NCBI GenBank assembly: GCA_963778555.1
Contig: CAVZUR010000002.1
Location: 37,817 to 101,816, forward strand
Length of the DNA stretch: 64,000 nt
From: Candidatus Moraniibacteriota bacterium
Lineage (GTDB): Bacteria; Patescibacteriota; Minisyncoccia; Moranbacterales; UBA1568
Direction: 5' to 3'
A model generated the notes under the pieces. That model was given only the letters and a program-made list of their open reading frames with translations, was not told where the DNA came from and ran no database searches. The position numbers were made by a program, and so were the translations under genes. Below are positions 39,461 to 48,437 of the stretch, piece after piece. Position 1 is the stretch's first letter. The number at the start of each line of letters is the position of its first letter.

Positions 39461-39544
39461 ACGCTGGACAATGGATTGAACTTTCGGTCCCGATGGCATA
39501 CTATAAATGTGTAGTCATTTAAACCACAATACCTCTGGATGCGT

Positions 39545-39937
39545 ATGACCGATTCAACGCGGGACAAGGAATTTATCGAATACGTCGTGAAGATGTTGGT
39601 GGACAATCCGGATAGCGTGAAAGTTGAGCGGAAAATCGACGAGATGGGGGTGCTCATTACGCTTGATGTCCACGCGGACGACATGGGCATGGTCATCGGC
39701 CGCGAGGGGATGACGGCCAAAGCGCTCCGGACGCTTCTCAGGGTCATCGGGGCGCGGAACAATGCGCGTGTCAATCTGAAGATCAATGAACCGGAAGGTG
39801 GCGAACGGCGCGAACGCAAACACGAAGCGGTCGCACTAGCCGCGCCATTGGCACCCGCCGAGCCGTTCGAGCATGTCGTGCCCGAGACACCGGCCCCCCG
39901 CTCGCTCGAGGACGTGATGAACGATATCAAGCTCTAG
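39545..39937 (+). CDS. khpA: KH-domain RNA-binding protein
   Basis: LVDNPD.V, DMGMVIGREG.TA..LRTL; promoter TTGAAC-17-TACTAT. Confidence 0.85.
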   Translation: MTDSTRDKEFIEYVVKMLVDNPDSVKVERKIDEMGVLITLDVHADDMGMVIGREGMTAKALRTLLRVIGARNNARVNLKINEPEGGERRERKHEAVALAAPLAPAEPFEHVVPETPAPRSLEDVMNDIKL

Positions 39938-39947
39938 CCGGTCGCAA

Positions 39948-39979
39948 GGCGTTCAGAACCAAATCTGGGCGCCTTTTTT
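39948..39979 (+). terminator. Intrinsic terminator after khpA
   Basis: AGGCGTTCAGA/TCTGGGCGCCT stem plus T-run. Confidence 0.75.
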
Positions 39980-40029
39980 GTTTTCCGGAGATAGGGTAGG
40001 ATGGAGACGCTTAACACTGTACCCAGAGT

Positions 40030-40578
40030 ATGAACGTCAAAACAACTGATATTCCTGGTCTTCTCATCATTGAGCTTCAGTCGTTCACTGATGAGCGGGG
40101 ATTCTTCGTGGAAACCTACAGCCAGGACCGGTACCGGGAAGCGGGGATAGCTGTCGAGTTCGTTCAGGATAACCTCTCCGCTTCGAAACGGGGTGTCTTG
40201 CGCGGACTGCACTTTCAGGCGCCGCCGTTCGCTCAGGGCAAGCTCGTGACCGTGTTCCAAGGTCGCGTCCTCGATGTCGCGGTCGATATCCGGTTCGGCT
40301 CGCCGACTTTTGGCCAGCATGTCGCCGTCGAACTCTCGGCAGAGAACAAAAAGCAGTTCTGGATACCGGCCGGATTCGCTCACGGCTTCGTCGCACTGGA
40401 GCATGACACGCTCTTTGCTTACAAGTGTACGGCGCCGTATTCGAAGGAGCATGACCGCGGCATCCGCTGGAACGATCCGGCGCTCGGCATCGACTGGGGC
40501 GTGAGTGAGCCGATCGTCTCAGAGAAAGACCAACAGCATCCGCTTTTGAAAGATATCGCGGAGGATTTTACAATATGA
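40030..40578 (+). CDS. rmlC: dTDP-4-dehydrorhamnose 3,5-epimerase
   Basis: DERGFF, VQDN, LRGLHFQ, GFAHGF, WNDP. Confidence 0.93.
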   Translation: MNVKTTDIPGLLIIELQSFTDERGFFVETYSQDRYREAGIAVEFVQDNLSASKRGVLRGLHFQAPPFAQGKLVTVFQGRVLDVAVDIRFGSPTFGQHVAVELSAENKKQFWIPAGFAHGFVALEHDTLFAYKCTAPYSKEHDRGIRWNDPALGIDWGVSEPIVSEKDQQHPLLKDIAEDFTI

Positions 40579-40655
40579 AATTTCTGATCACCTGCGGCGG
40601 GCTTCAACTGTCCGAATCGTTACGCGAAGCGTTGCGGGCGTGTCGGATTGAGTAA
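40575..40655 (+). pseudogene. Relic rmlB-like 5' end (MKFLITCGG) running into a palindromic element
   Basis: ATGA overlap with rmlC stop; resembles [11 protein letters not shown]; hairpin 40609-40640. Confidence 0.45.
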
Positions 40656-40674
40656 AACTGAGTATTGTTGAAGT

Positions 40675-41717
40675 ATGAAAATTTTAGTTACGGGAGGAGC
40701 TGGTTTTATAGGCTCCAATTTCATCCGTCATATTCTGGAAACGCGGCCGGAGGCCGAGGTCGTGAATCTCGACGCCCTCACCTACGCGGGGAATCTGGAG
40801 AATCTTGCAACGCTTCGGACGGAGTCGCGGTACCGGTTCGTGAAGGGGGATATCGCGGACGCGGCGACGGTGGACCCGCTGGTCGCCGAAACCGACGCGA
40901 TCGTCCATTTTGCCGCCGAGAGCCATGTCGACCGTTCTATTCTCTCGCCTGACGCATTTGTCCGGACCAACATTCTCGGCACCTTCACGCTGCTCGAAGC
41001 GGCGCGGAAGCATACCAAGCGCTTCCATCATGTTTCGACGGATGAAGTCTTCGGATCGCTTACGGCCACTGACCCAGCGTTTCACGAAGCGACACCGTAT
41101 GACCCACGCAGTCCGTACAGCGCGACCAAAGCCGGATCCGACCATCTCGTCCGGGCGTATTTCCATACCTATGGCTTGCCGGTGACCATCTCGAATTGTT
41201 CGAACAACTATGGCCCGTATCATTTCCCCGAGAAGCTCATCCCGCTCGCAATCACGAATCTCCTTGAGGGAATGAAAGTGCCGGTGTATGGTGACGGAGC
41301 CCAAAGACGCGACTGGTTGTATGTCGAGGACCACTGCCGAGCCATCGCGCTTATCCTCGAACAGGGCAAACTCGGCGAAACGTACTGCATCGGTGGGGAT
41401 GGCGAGCGCGAAAACATCTGGATTGTGAAAAAACTCCTCGAACTCCTGGGCAAAGACGAGCGCAGATCGAATACGTGACCGACCGCCCGGGTCATGACCG
41501 CCGCTACGCGATCGACTACTCGAAAATTAAGTCCGAACTCGGCTGGCAGCCAACGGTGAGTCTGGAGGAAGGTCTGGCTAAAACTGTCGAATGGTTCAAG
41601 GCCAATGAGAGTTGGTGGAAAAATGCTTGCCAGAAACGCGACCACATATAGTGCGATCGTGGGCTGGTGAAGAGCGAGGAGTATCAGAAATACTACGCTG
41701 AGCAGTATGGGCAATAG
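40675..41717 (+). CDS. rmlB: dTDP-glucose 4,6-dehydratase; frameshift near 41460 and 42-nt in-frame insertion with TAG at 41649-41651
   Basis: [33 protein letters not shown]; C-terminal [10 protein letters not shown] lies after the insertion. Confidence 0.88.
41625..41669 (+). repeat. Palindromic REP-like element in the rmlB 3' end
   Basis: TTGCCAG/CTGGTGA outer stem, GCGA/TCGT and CAC/GTG inner stems. Confidence 0.5.
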
Positions 41718-41830
41718 TAGTCACTATAGCAGTTTGGTGGTTGAGTATGTGGGAACTATGCCCGAATGTATTTATATAGTACAGTTGAATCTGTCCATGT
41801 TCAAAGTAAATCAATATTGTATATAGTTAT

Positions 41831-42505
41831 ATGGCAGATCGGATTCTATTCCTGATTTCAGGGGTCGTCATGATTGGAGGGGCTTATCTGTCTATGTTTT
41901 TTGGTGTTACTGGATATATGGCCTTCTTTTTATTTTGTATCCCCATTATGTCTACTGTACTCAGGCCAATTGTGTCTGCACATGGGGTGGTCAACCAAGA
42001 AAGTAAGCTTGCCTTTCCCGTGAAATTAGTCAGTTATACAATGCTATCCTATGGATTACTTACTATTCTATTATTGATTACAGACTCTATTTTTGTTGGT
42101 TCAATCCCGTTAGTATATCTGTTTCTAAGCATATGTTTGTATCCAATTGTGCATTTCACCTATGTTGTTTTGCCTAAAAGCCTGACGCGAGAGAGGGGAC
42201 TGATTGTTCCATTTTATCCAAGCGGAGTAACTTTGGTATTGGGATACATATTTGTGTACATGTATCATACAGCAGACCTGTCCCCTATCTTAATACTGCC
42301 CATAATAATCTGTTGTATTACCAGTCCTTTTCTGTACAAACGGAGCTTTGAAGTTATGCTTCGTCAGGGTGGGTCAACAGCATATACTAAAAAACAATAC
42401 CTCATACAACTCTTATTGGTTTTTGTAATAGGATTTATTGTTTTCGTATCCGGATACTTGGGTATGGGGCTTTCGAGTATAGAATACGGATTGCCTGGCC
42501 TATGA
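41831..42505 (+). CDS. AT-rich multi-TM hypothetical membrane protein
   Basis: 224 aa, ~7 hydrophobic segments, clearly lower GC than flanks. Confidence 0.6.
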   Translation: MADRILFLISGVVMIGGAYLSMFFGVTGYMAFFLFCIPIMSTVLRPIVSAHGVVNQESKLAFPVKLVSYTMLSYGLLTILLLITDSIFVGSIPLVYLFLSICLYPIVHFTYVVLPKSLTRERGLIVPFYPSGVTLVLGYIFVYMYHTADLSPILILPIIICCITSPFLYKRSFEVMLRQGGSTAYTKKQYLIQLLLVFVIGFIVFVSGYLGMGLSSIEYGLPGL

Positions 42506-42633
42506 TTTCACACTCGGAGATCTGAAAGCGGCTCTCTTTGAACATATTTTAGGTATGTAGCCTAGCTTAGGTTAACATGCATTGAAGTTATGCCTGTGAC
42601 GCTGGCTAGTCGTTTTGCTATAATGAAGGCACT

Positions 42634-43527
42634 ATGGAAGGAACACAGTCAAAACAACGGAAGAAAGTCCTGATTCTGGGGTCAAAAGGGACTTTGGGCC
42701 AGGAACTGGTCCGGGAGTTCCGCATGGCGGGCTATGAGTTGGCCGCCTGGGATATCGGCGATATCGATCTAGCGGAGACTGAACCGTCGATTGCCAAAAT
42801 TGAGGCTTTCGCCCCCGAAATCATCATCAATGCGGCGGCGTACAATGCGGTCGACGCCTGCGAGACCGATGACGAAGAGTATCGCAAAGCGATGATTCTG
42901 AACCGTGATGTCCCGGGCTATCTCGCGCAGTATGCGGCAGGGAAGGGCATCCTCTTCGTGCATTACTCGACGGACTATGTGTTCGACGGCGTGGCGGACG
43001 GCGGGTATGCCGAAGATGCGACGCCGCATCCGATCTCGCGCTACGGCGCTTCGAAATACGAAGGCGAGAAAGTGATGCTTGCCGCCGGCGGCAAGGGCTA
43101 TCTCATCCGGCTCTCGAAACTTTTTGGTGAGCCCGCGACGTCGAAATTGGGGAAGCGCAGTTTTTTCGAAATCATGCTCGCCAAAGGCAAGACCGAAACG
43201 CAGGTAGATGTCGTGGATGATGAAAGGAGCTGCTTCACGTACGCTCCTGATCTCGCGCTCGCGACGCGCCAACTGATCGAATCCGCGTCCGCACCGGGCA
43301 TCTACCATCTCCCTAATGAAGGTAGTGCCACCTGGTTCCAAGCAGCACTCGAGCTGTTTCGCAAGGCGGAACTCCGGGTGGAAGTCGTGCCGATCGCGAG
43401 CCAGGGATTCCTCCGACCTGCCCGGCGGCCGCGCTCTTCCGTTCTCCTCAACACGAAGCGTCCCCGGCAGCGTCCCTATACCGAAGCCCTGACCGAATTT
43501 CTCGAAAATTTTCTGCCCACGCTATGA
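42634..43527 (+). CDS. rmlD: dTDP-4-dehydrorhamnose reductase
   Basis: GSKGTLG, NAAAY.AVD..E, YSTDYVFDG, YGASK. Confidence 0.88.
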   Translation: MEGTQSKQRKKVLILGSKGTLGQELVREFRMAGYELAAWDIGDIDLAETEPSIAKIEAFAPEIIINAAAYNAVDACETDDEEYRKAMILNRDVPGYLAQYAAGKGILFVHYSTDYVFDGVADGGYAEDATPHPISRYGASKYEGEKVMLAAGGKGYLIRLSKLFGEPATSKLGKRSFFEIMLAKGKTETQVDVVDDERSCFTYAPDLALATRQLIESASAPGIYHLPNEGSATWFQAALELFRKAELRVEVVPIASQGFLRPARRPRSSVLLNTKRPRQRPYTEALTEFLENFLPTL

Positions 43528-44759
43528 AACATCTCGCCCAGGCCGATCCTGCAGTCGCTCGGATGATTCAAGGCGAGCTTCGGCGCGAAGAAGACGGACT
43601 CGAGATGATCGCGTCCGAGAATTACGTTTCACGGCCGGTACTCGAAGCGCTGGGGAGCGTCTTCACGAACAAATATTCCGAGGGCTATCCGGGCCGGCGC
43701 TACTATGGCGGGCAGGAATTTACCGATGCGGTCGAGTCGTTGGCTATCGAACGGGCGAAGAAGCTCTTTGGCGCCGAACACGCGAATGTCCAGCCGCATT
43801 CCGGGGCGCCCGCGAACATCGCGGTCTATGCCGCGCTTCTCGAGCCGGGGGATACGATACTTGGCATGGATTTGTCTCATGGCGGACACCTGACGCACGG
43901 CCATCCGGTAACCTTTATGCCGAAAATCTATCGCTTTGTCCGATACAAAACCGAACCGGATGGCAGCATTGATTATAAAAAGCTCGCCGCACTGGCAAAA
44001 AAAGTAAAACCCAAGTTGCTCCTGGCAGGTTTCTCATCATACACGCGGCAGCTCGACTATGTGAAGTTCCAAAACATCGCCCGGGCGGTAAAAGCGTATT
44101 CGATGATGGACATGGCGCATATCGCCGGCTTGGTCGCGGCGAAAGTCGTCCCAAACCCCGTCCCGTATTTTGATGTGGTGACTGCGACAACGCACAAAAC
44201 GCTGAGGGGTCCACGCGGCGGGCTCATCCTCTGCCGTGCAGCGGTGGCCCAACGGATCGACAAAGCAGTCTTTCCGGGTCTTCAGGGCGGGCCGCACATG
44301 CACGTGATCGCGGCCAAAGCGGTCGCGTTCGGCGAGGCGCTCCGGCCGGACTTCAAGCGCTACGGAAAACAGATCCTGAAGAACGCTAAGGCGCTCGAGA
44401 AGGGATTACGGGCCGCTGGTTTCAACATCCTCTTCGGTAAGACGGAGAATCACATGGTCATGGTCGATACGGTCGCGAGCCATGGTGTTTCGGGAAAGAC
44501 GGGCGAGCAGCTCCTCGATGCAGCGGGAATCACGGTGAATAAAAATGTCATCCCGGACGATCCGCGCGGCCCGATGGACCCGTCGGGTCTGCGCATCGGA
44601 GTACCGGCCGTGACGACCCGGGGGATGAAAGAAGCAGAGCTGAAGGTGATTGCATCCTGGATCGATGCCGCGCTCCGTTCCCGGGGCGATGCAGCGGTGC
44701 TCGCGAAAATCCGAAAGGAAGTGAAACGGCTGTGCAAAAAATTTCCGGTCTATCGATAA
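43524..44759 (+). CDS. glyA: Serine hydroxymethyltransferase
   Basis: IASEN, YSEGYPG.RYY, GGHLTHG, TTHKTLRGPRGG. Confidence 0.95.
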   Translation: MKHLAQADPAVARMIQGELRREEDGLEMIASENYVSRPVLEALGSVFTNKYSEGYPGRRYYGGQEFTDAVESLAIERAKKLFGAEHANVQPHSGAPANIAVYAALLEPGDTILGMDLSHGGHLTHGHPVTFMPKIYRFVRYKTEPDGSIDYKKLAALAKKVKPKLLLAGFSSYTRQLDYVKFQNIARAVKAYSMMDMAHIAGLVAAKVVPNPVPYFDVVTATTHKTLRGPRGGLILCRAAVAQRIDKAVFPGLQGGPHMHVIAAKAVAFGEALRPDFKRYGKQILKNAKALEKGLRAAGFNILFGKTENHMVMVDTVASHGVSGKTGEQLLDAAGITVNKNVIPDDPRGPMDPSGLRIGVPAVTTRGMKEAELKVIASWIDAALRSRGDAAVLAKIRKEVKRLCKKFPVYR

Positions 44760-44837
44760 TCCCGATCAGTGCTACTTGCAGCACCCCTCGTTGAGTGCTA
44801 TGAAGAATGGTCAATTATAAACTATCGGTTCCATCGT

Positions 44838-45632
44838 ATGAAAGGCATCATCCTCGCTGGCGGCAATGGCACCCGGCTCCTCCCGTTGACGGCCATTGCG
44901 TCGAAGCAGCTCCTCCCGGTCTATGATCGGCCGATGGTTTTCTATCCGCTGAATACGCTCGTTTCGGCCGGCATCCGCGATATTCTCATTATCGTTTCGC
45001 CAGAGCACGCGGGCAATTATCTCAATCTACTCGGGTCGCTGCTCCGGAAGCATGGAGTCAATATTTCTTTCATCGTGCAGAAAGAACCCCGAGGTTTGGC
45101 CGAAGCTTTCATTCTCGGGGAAGATTTCATCGATAATGGCCCCTGCACCATGATACTTGGCGATAATCTTTTCGAGGGCGACTTTTCCGAAGCGGTCCAG
45201 AGCTTCGAAGGCGGCGGCCGGATTTTCGCGAAAGCCGTATCTGACCCAGAACGTTTCGGCGTCGTCGAATTTGACTCAACATCCGGCCGAGTCATTTCGA
45301 TCGTCGAAAAACCGCAGGCACCCAAGAGCCACTATGCAATTCCCGGTCTGTACATTTATGATGCGGAGGTCGTATCTGTGGCGAAAAGCCTCACGCCGTC
45401 AGTCCGCGGCGAGCTGGAGATCACGGATCTGCATAATTACTATCTCGGAAAGGGCCGGCTCGATGTCCGGGTGATCGACGGAGCCTGGTTCGATGTCGGC
45501 ACGCATGACTCGCTCCTTGATGCCAGCATTCATGTCCGCGAAAAGAATTTCCGGGACCGTTTCCATCCGATGATAGAAGCGGCACTCAGCGAGTTCAATC
45601 AGGAATTCAAGCGCATCATAGCTATTAAATAG
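44838..45632 (+). CDS. rmlA: Glucose-1-phosphate thymidylyltransferase
   Basis: GIILAGGNGTRL, KQLLPVYD, LGDN, EKP, RGELEITD. Confidence 0.88.
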   Translation: MKGIILAGGNGTRLLPLTAIASKQLLPVYDRPMVFYPLNTLVSAGIRDILIIVSPEHAGNYLNLLGSLLRKHGVNISFIVQKEPRGLAEAFILGEDFIDNGPCTMILGDNLFEGDFSEAVQSFEGGGRIFAKAVSDPERFGVVEFDSTSGRVISIVEKPQAPKSHYAIPGLYIYDAEVVSVAKSLTPSVRGELEITDLHNYYLGKGRLDVRVIDGAWFDVGTHDSLLDASIHVREKNFRDRFHPMIEAALSEFNQEFKRIIAIK

Positions 45633-45647
45633 GTGACACATAACACT

Positions 45648-46532
45648 ATGCATGATCGACAGAGACCAGTGAAGAAGGCAATTCTCCCGGTGGCGGGTTT
45701 TGGCACACGCTTCCTGCCGGCCACGAAAGCTCAGCCGAAAGAGATGCTGCCGGTCGTGGATAAGCCTGTCATCCAGTACCTGGTCGAAGAGGCGGTGGCG
45801 TCGGGCATTGAGGAGATAATCTTCGTCACGGGCCGCGGCAAGCGCGCGATCGAGGATCACTTCGACGTTTCGTACGAGCTTGAGGATACACTCGTCGAAA
45901 AGAACAAGCATGATCTCCTCGAAGCCGTACAGAAGATTTCCGGACTCGCCAAATTCTCGTATGTCCGCCAGCCGGTGCCGCTCGGCGACGGCCATGCGCT
46001 CCTGCAGGCAGCGCACCTCGTCGATGACGACGAGAGCGTACTCGTGATCTTCGGCGATTGCCTCTATGATTCCGTGGTGCCGGCTTCGCAGCAGCTCATC
46101 GAGACATATGAAAAGTACCATGATCCGATCATCGGACTGTCGGAGGTAGCGCATGAGGACGTCTCAAAATTTGGTGTGATTGATGGGGTTGAGTTGGATG
46201 AGTGGACGTATGAAGTGAAGGGGATGGTCGAGAAGCCGCAGCCGGAAGACGCTCCGTCGAATCTCGTTGCGGTCGGGAAATACATCATCACTCCCGAAGT
46301 CTTCAAAGTGCTCGCCACGATGAAGGCGGGGAAGAGTGGGGAGATCCGCCTGGCGGATGCCTTTGATACGATGCTGGTGAATGGCCGGCCGTTGTATGGC
46401 CGCAAGCTGTCGGGCGAGTGGCTCGATACGGGCGACAAGTTCAATTTCATCAAAGCGACCATTCATCTCGGATTGCAGCATCATGAAGTCGGCGACAAGC
46501 TCCGGGCCTACCTCAGGACGCTCCGGTTCTAA
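45648..46532 (+). CDS. galU: UTP-glucose-1-phosphate uridylyltransferase
   Basis: PVAGFGTRFLPATKAQPKEMLP, VEKP. Confidence 0.92.
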   Translation: MHDRQRPVKKAILPVAGFGTRFLPATKAQPKEMLPVVDKPVIQYLVEEAVASGIEEIIFVTGRGKRAIEDHFDVSYELEDTLVEKNKHDLLEAVQKISGLAKFSYVRQPVPLGDGHALLQAAHLVDDDESVLVIFGDCLYDSVVPASQQLIETYEKYHDPIIGLSEVAHEDVSKFGVIDGVELDEWTYEVKGMVEKPQPEDAPSNLVAVGKYIITPEVFKVLATMKAGKSGEIRLADAFDTMLVNGRPLYGRKLSGEWLDTGDKFNFIKATIHLGLQHHEVGDKLRAYLRTLRF

Positions 46533-46552
46533 TCGGGCTAATTTGCGACTAC

Positions 46553-47278
46553 ATGTACTGGGCGTATCTCATCCTCTTCGTCGCCATGATCGTCACGCCC
46601 GAGGTGGTCCGTGATGGCGTGCTTTTTTTTAGCGAGGAGGACCTTGAGTCCCTCCTCGTCTTCTGTTTCGGGATGGTCGGGCTCCTACTCTATCTCGGCA
46701 AGGAGTCGGCCTTTCTCCGGGCGGTGCGGGAAAAACTCTCGCTGCAGCAGGAAACGAACCAGATTCGGAAAGACCTCTCGCAATCCTATTCGTACATCGG
46801 CGAGATGAATCGGCGCATCGATATTGTGAAGAACATGGTGGTGTCGCTCCCACAGTCCACGACAACGGTTTTTTCCAAAAGCGGCCAGGATCTGTATGAG
46901 CCGATCATCGATGCCACTGCGCTGCTCGCTCAATCAGACTGCGTCGCGCTGTACTTTGTCGCGACGGCGGATGGAACGATCGCCGAGCAGTATGTCGTCG
47001 GAGAAGGCGAACATCGGGCGCTGCTCCAGACCTTAGCGGGCCGGCATTTGCTCGACACCAAGAAATATATCTGGGAAGAAGGAAAACTCACCTTTGTCAG
47101 ATCGCCTGAAGAGGCACTCGGCATGTCGGCCTTCATCGTGTTCCATCAGGTGAAGAATCGTCTGGAGGAAATGGGTATTTTCCAGATTCTCGCCGCGCAA
47201 GCGCTTTTTGTCTTTGCGACGAATCGTCAGGCGCCGATGCAGCACGGGAGTGCCAGCAATCCGCGGTCCCATCTATGA
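46553..47278 (+). CDS. Hypothetical protein: 2 TM, coiled coil, GAF-like soluble domain
   Basis: Two N-terminal TMs, YIGEMNR coil; overlaps next gene by ATGA. Confidence 0.6.
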   Translation: MYWAYLILFVAMIVTPEVVRDGVLFFSEEDLESLLVFCFGMVGLLLYLGKESAFLRAVREKLSLQQETNQIRKDLSQSYSYIGEMNRRIDIVKNMVVSLPQSTTTVFSKSGQDLYEPIIDATALLAQSDCVALYFVATADGTIAEQYVVGEGEHRALLQTLAGRHLLDTKKYIWEEGKLTFVRSPEEALGMSAFIVFHQVKNRLEEMGIFQILAAQALFVFATNRQAPMQHGSASNPRSHL

Positions 47279-48432
47279 ACATTGGCATCGACGCTCGTTT
47301 CTACGGCTCGCTTGGCAAAGGGCTTGGACGATACACCGAGAAACTCCTGTCCTACCTGGAAGCAGATGCGACCGATGAGCATACGTATGTCGTGTTCTTG
47401 CGGCGCGAAAATTTCGATGAGTATCAGCCAAAACATGCGCATTTCAAAAAAATCATTGCCGACTATCCTTGGTATGGCTGGCAGGAACAGCTCCTTTTCC
47501 CTTTATTGTTGTGGCGGCACCAGCTGAACCTCGTGCACTTCCCGCACTTCAACGTGCCGTTGTTCGTGCCAGTGCCATTCATCGTCACTCTGCATGACCT
47601 CATCCTGCTCCGTTTTCCGACCGTCAAAGCGAGTGAGCTTCCGCCCTTCTTGTATTGGCTGAAGTATATTGCCTATCGGGTAGTGATAGCTATGGCGGTT
47701 CGTCGCTCCCGGGCCATTATCGCCGTCTCTGAATTCACGCGGCATGACATCGAGCGGGCCTATCCCGCTGCTCGCGGAAAGATATCAGTGACGTTGGAGG
47801 CAGCGGAACCATTTTGCTCTTGGCTTTCGCCGGCGGCTGAACACTCACTGCTCGAATCCTTAGGTTTGATACACTCTGGTGGACCCGGTTCAGCTCCCGA
47901 AAGACTCGCGTTTGTACTCTACGTGGGGAATGCCTATCCACACAAAAATCTCACACTCCTGTTGAAGGTCTCAGCGGCGTTTCCGGAACAGCTCTTTCTG
48001 TGCGTGGGGAAAGATGATTTTTTTTATCGGGCATTCCGGGAGCAAACGAGAATGGCAGGCGCCACCAATATCCGCTTCGCCGGATATGTCAGCGATGCTT
48101 CACTGGGCGTCTTGTACCGGCGCGCGCGCGCGTATCTCTTCCCTTCATTGTACGAGGGTTTCGGACTGCCGGGGCTGGAAGCGATGCTGTATGGCACGCC
48201 CGTCGTGGCGGCCGCAGCGGGCTCATTGCCGGAAATTTATGGGCCGGCGGCGACCTATTTCAATCCGACCAGTGTGTCGGAATGCATCCAAGCGCTGCGC
48301 GCAGTCTTGCAGCAATCAGTCAGCCATTCTCAGCGCGCTGCAGGATTCTCTCAGGTAGCGAAATTCTCCTGGCGGCGCATGGCGCGCGAGACTCAGCATC
48401 TTTACGAAAGTTGTCCGACAAAGCGATACTAA
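47275..48432 (+). CDS. Glycosyltransferase family 4
   Basis: IGIDAR, TLHDL, PHKN, YEGFGLPGLEAM. Confidence 0.88.
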   Translation: MNIGIDARFYGSLGKGLGRYTEKLLSYLEADATDEHTYVVFLRRENFDEYQPKHAHFKKIIADYPWYGWQEQLLFPLLLWRHQLNLVHFPHFNVPLFVPVPFIVTLHDLILLRFPTVKASELPPFLYWLKYIAYRVVIAMAVRRSRAIIAVSEFTRHDIERAYPAARGKISVTLEAAEPFCSWLSPAAEHSLLESLGLIHSGGPGSAPERLAFVLYVGNAYPHKNLTLLLKVSAAFPEQLFLCVGKDDFFYRAFREQTRMAGATNIRFAGYVSDASLGVLYRRARAYLFPSLYEGFGLPGLEAMLYGTPVVAAAAGSLPEIYGPAATYFNPTSVSECIQALRAVLQQSVSHSQRAAGFSQVAKFSWRRMARETQHLYESCPTKRY

Positions 48433-48437
48433 GGGAT

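Noticed and set aside
42505-42600. Integron attC site after the AT-rich gene (GTTATGC present)
   Set aside because: No matching inverse core with an extended palindrome at a suitable distance, and no integrase.
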